Below the pieces are notes generated by a model that was not told the DNA's origin, did not search any database, and worked only from the letters and a program-made list of their open reading frames with translations. Both the position numbers and the translations under genes were made by a program. Shown here in pieces: positions 19,855-27,688 of a stretch of DNA of 64,000 bases. The stretch comes from an uncultured delta proteobacterium (GTDB taxonomy: Bacteria > Desulfobacterota > Desulfobacteria > Desulfobacterales > CAVQMW01), in contig CAVQMW010000005.1 of the NCBI GenBank assembly GCA_963713755.1, forward strand, positions 1,455,119-1,519,118, written 5' to 3'. Position 1 is the first letter of the stretch; every line of letters starts with the position of its first letter.

Positions 19855-20694
19855 ATGTATTTCCTATATTTAATTCTTTCAATACTGGGATTTATTCTGT
19901 TTGCGCTGTTTGCAATTCGCCTGTGGGACGGGCGTGCCGACCGATTGGAATGGAATCGACTGGCAACTTTGCAACCTCAAAATCCAGGTATATATAACTC
20001 CGTGATGGTTGCCGATTTGCCTGAGCCCGCCCGGCGATTCTTTAACTTTACCATTACGCCCGGCACTCCTCTACTCACTGTGGCTGAAATCGATATGATC
20101 GGACAGTTCAGTCTAGGCACTCGGCAAGCCCCAAACTATCAGCAAATGAACGCAAAGCAGATTCTTGCAGCGCCATCAGGCTTCGTTTGGAAACTTCGCC
20201 TGCCTGGAATCGTACCGGTTTCCGGCTCTGATTCTGGCCGGTGGACACGCTTCCGCATTTTCGGCCTGTTTCCGGTTGCCCGGATGGGGGGCAATCCGGA
20301 TCACTCGCGGGCTGCATATGGTCGGTATGTCGCGGAGGCGTTGTTCTGGACACCTGCCGCCTTGCTTCCTGGCCCGGGGGTTGTTTGGGAAAAGGTTGAC
20401 GAAAACACTGCTCGAGTTAGTGTAAGTCATATGGGTCTTTCACAGGCGGTGGATCTGAAGGTTGACGGTGATGGGCGACCTGTTGAGGTGTATTTCATGC
20501 GGTGGAGTGATTCAAATCCTGAAAAAACACATCGGCTTCAACCATTTGGTGGGAAACTATCTGATTTTCGAGAAGTTCAAGGCTTTCGCCTTCCCTTCAA
20601 TGTAGAGGCGGGTAACATGTTTTGTACGGAAGATTATTTCGTCTTTTTTAAAGCCGAGGTTGTTTCCATTAGTTTCCCGTTATATAGATCATAA
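19855..20694 (+). CDS. Membrane-anchored hypothetical protein.
   Basis: 279 aa with an N-terminal TM helix (LYLILSILGFILFALFAI). No family was recognised with confidence. Confidence 0.5.
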   Translation: MYFLYLILSILGFILFALFAIRLWDGRADRLEWNRLATLQPQNPGIYNSVMVADLPEPARRFFNFTITPGTPLLTVAEIDMIGQFSLGTRQAPNYQQMNAKQILAAPSGFVWKLRLPGIVPVSGSDSGRWTRFRIFGLFPVARMGGNPDHSRAAYGRYVAEALFWTPAALLPGPGVVWEKVDENTARVSVSHMGLSQAVDLKVDGDGRPVEVYFMRWSDSNPEKTHRLQPFGGKLSDFREVQGFRLPFNVEAGNMFCTEDYFVFFKAEVVSISFPLYRS

Positions 20695-20729
20695 GCGTGA
20701 AGACCAACTTTTGCTTCCAATCCATGTAG

Positions 20730-20945
20730 CATTCAGCTAACGAAATTTCTGACAAATCAGAATTTTTCAGCGAATTGTTCTCACTACTAAAATCAAACAG
20801 ACGAGCTCTAATCGTAGAACCAACCTTTCACGTATCGGAGTCATCATTTCAAAAAACCTTACAAACAGCAAAGAAGGTTGGATTTATAAGTTCTGAAGGA
20901 CCAAAAATGTTCCTCCATAAAACAGCAATATCTATAAAAGGTTAA
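20730..20945 (+). pseudogene. Possible 3' remnant of a class I SAM-dependent methyltransferase gene.
   Basis: An open frame without a start codon reads ..EFFSELFSLLKSNRRALIVEPTFHVSESSFQKTLQTAKKVGFISSEGPKMFLHKTAISIKG*. This resembles the C-terminal L.PGG.L.I.EP..HV....F......AGF pattern of such enzymes. Confidence 0.35.
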
Positions 20946-21125
20946 CCAACCATTCCACCGGAATCGCTGAAGCTCGCCCATGAATTATACGTTATGCGGT
21001 TTTTGGTCATCATAAAATCGGATGCACAAAAAATATAGAAAAGGCATGAAATTGAAAGAAAGTGAAGGGGTAAGGAACAAAAAGTTTCTCCAAAAAGGCT
21101 GGGTTTTAGAATAGTAAAGACGACA

Positions 21126-22562
21126 ATGATGAAACAAACAGATGAGACATTTGGCAAGGGAATTCTCTTTGAAAAAGAGGTACAATTCGAAAAGGCCAAG
21201 GCCATTTATGAAGATCTTTTTTGTCACGTCACCGACGAAACGGTCCTGAGAAAAGTTCGATGTCGGATGGAGGACATCGACGATCTGATCGCAGAGAAGG
21301 CTATATACCAGCGCATTGACGAAAACGCAAAACGGGTACTTACGGAAATCGGTATAAATATCATTGAGAACCAATCCCTTATGGATCTTCTTATGGAAGC
21401 AGATGCCGTGGATTTCGACAATGAAACGGCGCTTTTCATTCCCTTAAAGCGGGCTTACATCGACCAATGTTTAGAGCAGGTGCCCCGTAGAATGCCTGGG
21501 GATCCGGGAATGAACACCTTTGGCACCGGAGCGACACCACCCTTTCTGAAGCGGACTGACGACGAAGAACTGCGTCCGGCTAACCGCGAGGAATACGAAG
21601 AAATTATCCTCACGGTGCGAGACCAACAAGATATTGTAGGCATTTTCAGCCTGCCGGTGGCCTGCGACAAGAGCATTTCCCTCTTCGAGATCGCCCAGCT
21701 GATGGAAAAAAACTACCAAGGCCTCAAGATGATCACCACCAATACGATGAGAGATGACGAAGTAACATTTTTTAAAAAAAAGGAGTATTGGCTCGACGGA
21801 ACTAGCCTGATTACCTCCTTAGCTCCAATGAACAACATGGTTGATCCTTTTTTGCGTAGCGCCCGTACAGGCAACAACCTTTTATTGATCGACCAGAGCA
21901 TTGCCGGCGTCTCTGGCCCCGGTAGCCCGGAATCTTTCCTGACGCAGAACCATGCCCAAGTGATTTTCATGATGATTGTCGCCCAGACCGTCAAGCCGGG
22001 TATATCATGCATACACTGTGGGATACCCAGCGTTATCGATGCAGGCGGCAATCTTTCTTACAGCTCTCCCCATCAAACCTTCATCAACGCGGCCTTGGCT
22101 CGGGTTAATACCTGGATTACAGGATTCCCTTCCGCCCAGACCGGAGGCAGTACCAGCCTGCCTGATATGACCCCTCAGGCGCTGACGGATTCAGAATTGA
22201 GCCGCAATGCGCTACGCAAGTATGGGGTGCATATTGTACGGCACGCTATGGGTGCTTTAGGCAGTCTCAACTTTTTCAGCCTGGAGAAATTTTTAGAAGA
22301 CTGCGAGCGAGAAAGGCGTTCCAGGATTATTTTTGAATCGATTCCAAAGGATACTGGCGTGATACCGATGTACTTTCCCGGTGACGACCAGGCTCTTGTT
22401 GGGATCCGAGAAATTGCCGAAAAGGGCAACCCTAAAAACGCCGATCACACACTGAAGAACGTGGATTCGTTCCGTTTGTGGGAGGACAGTATCAGTCAAG
22501 CTGCTAAAAAGAAACTCTATTACCTGCAGCTCAACGATATAGTTATCGACAAAATCAAATAG
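21126..22562 (+). CDS. MttB-family (trimethylamine/glycine-betaine methyltransferase-like) protein; no in-frame stop, hence no pyrrolysine-type UAG codon.
   Basis: 478 aa. The size and N-terminal pattern VLTEIGINIIENQSLMDLLMEADAVDFDNETALFIPLKRAYIDQCLEQVPRR resemble MttB-superfamily proteins. No corrinoid protein gene is adjacent. Confidence 0.45.
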   Translation: MMKQTDETFGKGILFEKEVQFEKAKAIYEDLFCHVTDETVLRKVRCRMEDIDDLIAEKAIYQRIDENAKRVLTEIGINIIENQSLMDLLMEADAVDFDNETALFIPLKRAYIDQCLEQVPRRMPGDPGMNTFGTGATPPFLKRTDDEELRPANREEYEEIILTVRDQQDIVGIFSLPVACDKSISLFEIAQLMEKNYQGLKMITTNTMRDDEVTFFKKKEYWLDGTSLITSLAPMNNMVDPFLRSARTGNNLLLIDQSIAGVSGPGSPESFLTQNHAQVIFMMIVAQTVKPGISCIHCGIPSVIDAGGNLSYSSPHQTFINAALARVNTWITGFPSAQTGGSTSLPDMTPQALTDSELSRNALRKYGVHIVRHAMGALGSLNFFSLEKFLEDCERERRSRIIFESIPKDTGVIPMYFPGDDQALVGIREIAEKGNPKNADHTLKNVDSFRLWEDSISQAAKKKLYYLQLNDIVIDKIK

Positions 22563-22572
22563 GCATTCTTTC

Positions 22573-22808
22573 TTGAAAGTGACCAACCTCGTTGCGATTT
22601 GTTTTATGCTGATCGTTGGTGGTGTCTCGCTATTGTCGTTTCTTCCAATGATCATCTTGTGGGTCTATCTTACTGTGAGCGTTGTAACTTTTGTTGCATA
22701 TGCGCTGGATAAATCGGCCGAAAAAAAGGGAGTTGGAGAACGAGTCAAAGTACTTTACATTTGTTCGCATTGGTTGGTGGTCGGCCCGGCGCGCTGGCCG
22801 TCGCTTAA
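22573..22808 (+). pseudogene. DUF1294-family small membrane protein, frameshifted at an A7 run.
   Basis: Frame 1 gives ..VTFVAYALDKSAEKKG up to the A-run at 22721-22727. The conserved continuation SWRTSQSTLHLFALVGGRPGALAVA* is in the -1/+2 frame (22731-22808). One extra A would restore the reading frame. Confidence 0.6.
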
Positions 22809-22956
22809 CCCGACGCGATGCATTATAAAGATATCTTATTCTAAAGGCACTATCTATCCAACAACCCCCATATTCTTTTAGCAAAGAGATGCTCCGTGAA
22901 GCGCTCGACGCGTTCGGTGTGTCCGGCAAGACCCATGGAGAAGAGAGGATTTTCGT

Positions 22957-23412
22957 TTGCTGAACATCTTTGTAGATGCGGATGCGTGCCCGGTCAAACA
23001 GGAAGTGTACCGCGTTGCAAGCCGGCACCACCTTAATGTCACGCTGGTGGCCAACTCATGGATGCGGATTCCCAAGGAGCGATGGATATCTCTCGAAGTT
23101 GTTGCGGACGGTTTCGATGCGGCCGATGATTGGATTGTCGAGCGCGTGCAACCTCACGACATCGTTGTCACCGCGGATATCCCCCTTGCAAGTCGTTGCT
23201 TGAAGGAAGGCGCAAGCGTAATTGGCCCAACCGGAAAGCCGTTCAGGGAAAATAACATCGGTGATGCTGTTGCGGCGCGTAACCTGTTGTCAGGGCTTCG
23301 TGACGCTGGAGAGATAACAAAAGGTCCCGCACCGCTAAAGAAGGGTGACCGGTCACGTTTTCTTCATCAGCTGGACGAGATGATTAAAGCGATTCTCCGT
23401 GAACAAACATGA
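22957..23412 (+). CDS. YaiI/YqxD family protein (UPF0178/DUF188).
   Basis: TTG start. Motifs: IFVDADACPVK, DAADDWIV and DIVVTADIPLA. Confidence 0.8.
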   Translation: MLNIFVDADACPVKQEVYRVASRHHLNVTLVANSWMRIPKERWISLEVVADGFDAADDWIVERVQPHDIVVTADIPLASRCLKEGASVIGPTGKPFRENNIGDAVAARNLLSGLRDAGEITKGPAPLKKGDRSRFLHQLDEMIKAILREQT

Positions 23413-23702
23413 TACAGCTCCTAATAAAATCCTATGAAGCGCAGTTGCACGCATTAAAGAAAATTCGGCGAGAAACCAAATCATGGAGATATAATGCTGA
23501 GCATGGATTTAAGAGGGTGAATAGAATGGTTAAGCGGGCCGCCGACCGCCCCCGGGACCTTGCGAAGAACTGATATTTAGGGTAATCCGATGCCGCTTGG
23601 CCAATCTGTGGCGGATGGGGATGGCCAAACCCATACTGCCCGCAGCGTTTCGTTATCACGCCGCATAGGTGGCGCAAACTTAACCTGAACCCACATCGAA
23701 AA

Positions 23703-23739
23703 CGCCTGCCCCATTCAGGGGCGGGTTTATCTCTTTTTT
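23703..23739 (+). terminator. Intrinsic-terminator-like hairpin with a U-tract, 18 nt upstream of the DUF554 start codon.
   Basis: CGCCTGCCCC (23703-23712), loop ATTCA, GGGGCGGGT (23718-23726), giving 9 bp including 2 G-U pairs. It is followed by TTATCTCTTTTTT. Confidence 0.6.
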
Positions 23740-23756
23740 GGGAAAGGAACCAGGCG

Positions 23757-24449
23757 TTGCTGGGAACCGTGGTCAATACCTTGAGCATCATTGCCGGCAG
23801 CTTGCTGGGTCTGCTTTTCAGGGGCAAGATACCGCAGAAATACAGCCAAACCATCATGCACGGCATCGGCCTTGCGGTGGTGCTGATCGGCATCAAATCC
23901 GCCCTTAAAACCGATGCGATTTTGATGGTGATCATCAGCCTGGCGGTGGGCAGCCTGCTGGGTGAATTGCTCGGCATCGAGGATAAACTCGATCAGATGG
24001 GCAATTGGATCGGCCGGCGGATTTCCAAGGACAGTTCAGGGATCTCAAAGGGGTTTGTCAGCGCCAGCCTGCTCTATTGCGTGGGGGCCATGGCGATCAT
24101 CGGCGCCATGGAGAGCGGCTTGACGGGGAATCACCAGACTCTGTTCGCCAAGTCGATCCTGGACGGAATCGGGTCGGTGCTTTTTGCCTCCACCTTGGGG
24201 ATCGGGGTCCTGTTTTCGGCGGCATCAGTGTTTGTCTATCAAGGGTTTCTGACCCTAACCGCCGCTTGGATCAAACCTTTTCTCTCCGCCGAGGTGGTGG
24301 CCCAAATGTCGGCCATTGGAGGCCTGCTGATTGTGGCCATCGGCATCTCCCTGCTGGAGATCAAAAAGGTCAAAATCGGAAATATGCTGCCGGCCATCTT
24401 TATCCCCCTGGGGTATCAGGTGGCCAAGCACCTCTATGCCCTGTTATGA
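23757..24449 (+). CDS. DUF554 (YqgA-like) membrane protein.
   Basis: TTG start. The N-terminus is LGTVVNTLSIIAGSLLGLLFRGKIP. It is polytopic, and the size and N-terminal pattern are typical of DUF554. Confidence 0.75.
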   Translation: MLGTVVNTLSIIAGSLLGLLFRGKIPQKYSQTIMHGIGLAVVLIGIKSALKTDAILMVIISLAVGSLLGELLGIEDKLDQMGNWIGRRISKDSSGISKGFVSASLLYCVGAMAIIGAMESGLTGNHQTLFAKSILDGIGSVLFASTLGIGVLFSAASVFVYQGFLTLTAAWIKPFLSAEVVAQMSAIGGLLIVAIGISLLEIKKVKIGNMLPAIFIPLGYQVAKHLYALL

Positions 24450-24570
24450 TCTCCGTTGGATCCAAACTCGCACCGGTTAAATAGGGCGAAGAGCACTGAT
24501 AGGTGGACGAGCAGTGCTGTTGCGCGCTTTGCCCTGCCGGATATGCAACTCGCGCTGCCGGGAGGAAATC

Positions 24571-24828
24571 ATGCGCTGCAAACCCATTGCCTGTCTCGTT
24601 TATGCGTTAGCAGTTATCCTCGCTGGTTGCGCTGCCGCGCTCCGGAAACCGTTGGAACGGGTGCCGGGAGACTTTAGCTACACCCGCGAGTTCACAGAAC
24701 TGGTGGTCGAGCCGCTTTCCGATACGGAAGCCCTGCTGCTGGGTCCTCTGGCGGGGGCCGGCGAAATGATCCGGGTGGTGATGATCGACGGTGTGGAGAT
24801 GTGGCGCTACTCCGGGTACCTCTTCTAA
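24571..24828 (+). CDS. Small putative lipoprotein.
   Basis: A GGAGG RBS at 24561-24565 precedes the ATG at 24571. The signal peptide and lipobox read MRCKPIACLVYALAVILAGC. Confidence 0.5.
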   Translation: MRCKPIACLVYALAVILAGCAAALRKPLERVPGDFSYTREFTELVVEPLSDTEALLLGPLAGAGEMIRVVMIDGVEMWRYSGYLF

Positions 24829-24858
24829 CGGAAAGCCGATCGATTCCGGATAACAATC

Positions 24859-24887
24859 TTGACGCCTCATATTAACGTAATTACAAT
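24859..24887 (+). promoter_or_regulatory. Sigma70-type promoter of the mazEF-like operon, with overlapping palindromes.
   Basis: TTGACG (24859-24864), a 17-nt spacer, then TACAAT (24882-24887). The palindromes GTAATTAC (24877-24884) and GTGATCAC (24888-24895) overlap or follow the -10 box. Confidence 0.6.
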
Positions 24888-24919
24888 GTGATCACTTAAG
24901 CTTGAAAGGAGGTGCTTTG

Positions 24920-25171
24920 ATGAGGGCACGAGTGATAAAAATCGGTAATTCCCAAGGGCTGCGGATTCCGAAACCTATTCTTGAGCAGACCGGGATCTTG
25001 GATGATGTTGAAATTGAGGTGGAGAAAAATCAAATCATCATTCGACCGGTGAAAAATGTTCGCGAAGGTTGGGAGGCCGCGTTTAAAAAAATGGGCGAAC
25101 AAAAGGATGACACACCAATCATTAATGAAAACATTTCACATTCATGGGATAAAGCGGAGTGGCAATGGTAG
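24920..25171 (+). CDS. mazE: AbrB/MazE/SpoVT-type antitoxin.
   Basis: An AAGGAGG RBS is present. The product opens MRARVIKIGNSQGLRIPKPILEQ (SpoVT-AbrB fold signature). Confidence 0.8.
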   Translation: MRARVIKIGNSQGLRIPKPILEQTGILDDVEIEVEKNQIIIRPVKNVREGWEAAFKKMGEQKDDTPIINENISHSWDKAEWQW

Positions 25172-25488
25172 TGAAACGTTTTGACGTCTATTTGGTGAAT
25201 CTCGACCCCACGATGGGTTCAGAAATCCAGAAAACTCGACCTTGTTTGGTAATTTCGCCCGATGAGATGAATCGTAATATTCGGACCGTGATTATCGCAC
25301 CCCTGACCTCAGCCCCAAAAGAATATCCCACCCGTGTTTCCTGCACGTTTCGCAATACACAAGGGCAAGTCGTGTTGGATCAAGTGCGAACCATCGATAA
25401 GGCGCGGCTGATTCGAAAACTTGGTACCCTGGATTCAAGAGCACAGTCCGAAGTGATCTTAGTCCTGCAGAGACTGTTTGCATTTTAG
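25159..25488 (+). CDS. mazF: MazF/PemK-family endoribonuclease toxin.
   Basis: VKRFDVYLVNLDPTMGSEIQKTRPCLVISPDEMN and VIIAPLTS. It overlaps mazE. An alternative start is at 25165. Confidence 0.85.
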   Translation: MAMVVKRFDVYLVNLDPTMGSEIQKTRPCLVISPDEMNRNIRTVIIAPLTSAPKEYPTRVSCTFRNTQGQVVLDQVRTIDKARLIRKLGTLDSRAQSEVILVLQRLFAF

Positions 25489-25557
25489 AACGCTGCAGGC
25501 GCCTAGAGCAGGTGTTGGATCCATAGCGTCTATACCCCACCGGGGCCTCTGAGGTCT

Positions 25558-25586
25558 TTGACTTTGTACCCCATTTGAGCTACATT
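25558..25586 (+). promoter_or_regulatory. Sigma70-type promoter of the dinJ-yafQ-like operon.
   Basis: TTGACT (25558-25563), a 17-nt spacer, then TACATT (25581-25586). Confidence 0.55.
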
Positions 25587-25611
25587 AGTGAAAAACAGAT
25601 GGAGGCACACC

Positions 25612-25872
25612 ATGGCAAAAATAGCAACTATACGAGCCCGGATTGAGCCTGATTTAAAAGAGAAGGCGGAGCACATATTTCGCCAGCTTGGATTAACTAC
25701 GACTCAAGCCATAACGCTTTTTTATAAGCAGGTTGAATTGCGAAAAGGGCTGCCCTTCGATTTAGCCATTGCCAACAAGATCACACGTCAGACTTTCGAC
25801 GATACAGATGCTGGAGAGAACTTGATCGTTTGCGAAAACGTCGACGATATGTTCAAGAAGCTGGGTATCTGA
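25612..25872 (+). CDS. dinJ: RelB/DinJ-family antitoxin.
   Basis: MAKIATIRARIEPDLKEKAEHIFRQLGLTTTQAITLFYKQV, an RHH DinJ signature. Confidence 0.8.
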   Translation: MAKIATIRARIEPDLKEKAEHIFRQLGLTTTQAITLFYKQVELRKGLPFDLAIANKITRQTFDDTDAGENLIVCENVDDMFKKLGI

Positions 25873-26156
25873 TGCTCACACCTCAATATACCCGTCAATT
25901 TGAGAGAGACATAAAGCGGCTGAAAAAGCGAGGTAAGAACCTTGAAAAGCTTAAAATTATCATCCGATCCCTGATTGCGGAAGAACCTCCTGATCCTCTC
26001 CATCGGGACCATAAGTTGATCGGCAACTGGAAGGGACGACGGGAATGTCACATAGAGTCCGATTGGCTGTTGATCTATAAAACAGGTTTGGACTGCATCA
26101 TATTCGAACGCACAGGAACTCACGCTGACCTATTCCAGAAAAAAGGGCCGCAATAG
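25872..26156 (+). CDS. yafQ: YafQ/RelE-family mRNA interferase toxin.
   Basis: MLTPQYTRQFERDIKRLKKRGKNLEKL and HRDHKLIGNWKGRRECHIESDWLLIY. The start overlaps the dinJ stop (TGATG). Confidence 0.8.
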   Translation: MLTPQYTRQFERDIKRLKKRGKNLEKLKIIIRSLIAEEPPDPLHRDHKLIGNWKGRRECHIESDWLLIYKTGLDCIIFERTGTHADLFQKKGPQ

Positions 26157-26202
26157 CCTCACCGGGCAGGGAGCCGTTTTAGAACCCCGGGCCCGGCAGT
26201 GG

Positions 26203-27651
26203 GTGATCGGAGCGGCGCTGCTGGCGCTCTTTTTAGGCGCCCTGGACGCCTTGATCATTTCGGCGGCCATGCCCTCCATCGTGGCCGATCTGGGGGGCAT
26301 GCATCTCTTCAGCTGGGCCTATTCGGCCTATATGCTGGCCCGGGCCGTGGCCTTGCCCATTGTGGGCAAGCTGGGGGATCTCTGGCCCAGCCGCGCGCTG
26401 TTGGCCGGAAGTATTGCGCTGTTCATGGCGGCCTCTCTGGTGGCCGGCTTCGCCCCCGGCATGGGTATTCTAATCGCCGCCCGGGTGTTTCAGGGGATCG
26501 GTTCCGGGGGAATCTTCGCCCTGGTCTATACCACTCTGACCGACGTGGCCCCGCCCGGCAGGCGGGCCAAAACCCTGGCCCTGGCCAGCTTTGTCTGGGG
26601 CCTGGCCAGCATTTCCGGTCCCACCCTGGGCGGTTTCCTGGTGGCCTATGCCGATTGGCGCTGGATCTTTTTCATCAACATCCCCTTAGGCGCCTGCGCC
26701 CTGTGGGGGATCTATCGCTACCTTGTGGAATTGCGTCCCAAAAAAGCCCAGGCCCACATCGATCTGTGGGGCGCGGGCTTCCTGACCGTGACCATTCTGG
26801 CGCTGCTGACCGCATTTCTACTGGCCGGCAGCAGCCACGCCTGGCAATCGCCCACTGTTCTGGGCCTGCTGGGGCTCACCCTGTTGGCGGGGGTGGGGTT
26901 TTACCGGACTGAAAGAGGGGCGCCGGAACCGATCCTCAACCCGGCCTTTTTCCGCTTGCGGGGCTTCAGCGCGGGCAATGGCGCCACTTTTTTGGCCAGT
27001 TTCGCCATTTTCGGTTTCTTTGCCTATGGTCCCCTTTACATCCAGGGGACGTTGCGGATGAGCCCGGTGGAGGTGGGTTGGGTGTTGCTGGCGGTCAGTT
27101 TGGGCTGGTCCCTGGGCTCCTGGGGATTGGGGAGCGTGATTCACCGCCTGGGACGCAAACGGGCCGCTTTGCTGGGAGGTGCGATTCTCTCCGCCAGTTG
27201 CGCCTTGAGCCTGACCTTCAACTCGGCCAGCGGCCTGGCATGGTGCTTTGGGGTGTTCCTGATGGCCGGCGTGGGAATGGGTTTTGTCTCGCTCTCGACC
27301 CTGCTCATTGTGCAGGGCAGCGTCCATGAGAGCGACCTGGGGATTGTGACCGCCTCCAACCAGTTCGCCCGCACCATGGGGGGCACCGTGGGCGTGGGAA
27401 TTTGCGGCAGTTTCCTCATGGCCCACCTGCTGTCCGTCCTGAAAACGACCTCCGGAAGTGACAGCGTTCAACTGCGTCTTCAGCTCAGTGAGCTGTTTGC
27501 GCCCGAGGCGCGCGGCAGCCTTCCCGCGGAGTTTTTGGCGCCTCTTCAGGAGGCCCTGGCCAGTGGGCTGGGGATTGTCTTTGCCATCGTGACCGGAGTG
27601 GCGATCCTCTGTCTGGGGGTGTGCGTCCTGCTTCCCCGCACCTCTGAGTGA
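26203..27651 (+). CDS. MFS transporter, DHA2/EmrB-like (14-TMS type).
   Basis: 482 aa. Motifs: LDALIISAAMPSIVADLGG and GKLGDLWPSR (motif A-like). Confidence 0.8.
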   Translation: MIGAALLALFLGALDALIISAAMPSIVADLGGMHLFSWAYSAYMLARAVALPIVGKLGDLWPSRALLAGSIALFMAASLVAGFAPGMGILIAARVFQGIGSGGIFALVYTTLTDVAPPGRRAKTLALASFVWGLASISGPTLGGFLVAYADWRWIFFINIPLGACALWGIYRYLVELRPKKAQAHIDLWGAGFLTVTILALLTAFLLAGSSHAWQSPTVLGLLGLTLLAGVGFYRTERGAPEPILNPAFFRLRGFSAGNGATFLASFAIFGFFAYGPLYIQGTLRMSPVEVGWVLLAVSLGWSLGSWGLGSVIHRLGRKRAALLGGAILSASCALSLTFNSASGLAWCFGVFLMAGVGMGFVSLSTLLIVQGSVHESDLGIVTASNQFARTMGGTVGVGICGSFLMAHLLSVLKTTSGSDSVQLRLQLSELFAPEARGSLPAEFLAPLQEALASGLGIVFAIVTGVAILCLGVCVLLPRTSE

Positions 27652-27688
27652 TGGGGGTTGGCCTGAAACCGGTTTTGGGAGGGGGGCG

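Noticed and set aside
23560-23700. Assignment of the DUF554 leader to a known riboswitch class (ykkC/guanidine, fluoride, TPP, Mn, cobalamin).
   Set aside because: Only short partial resemblances are present (for example TAGGGTAATCCG versus the ykkC CUAGGGUUCCG). The remaining conserved cores are absent. The class is left unassigned pending a covariance-model scan.
26199-26912. A 237-aa ORF overlapping the MFS gene in another frame.
   Set aside because: The Arg/Gly/Pro-rich translation has no membrane or domain features. The overlapping frame encodes a coherent 14-TMS transporter.
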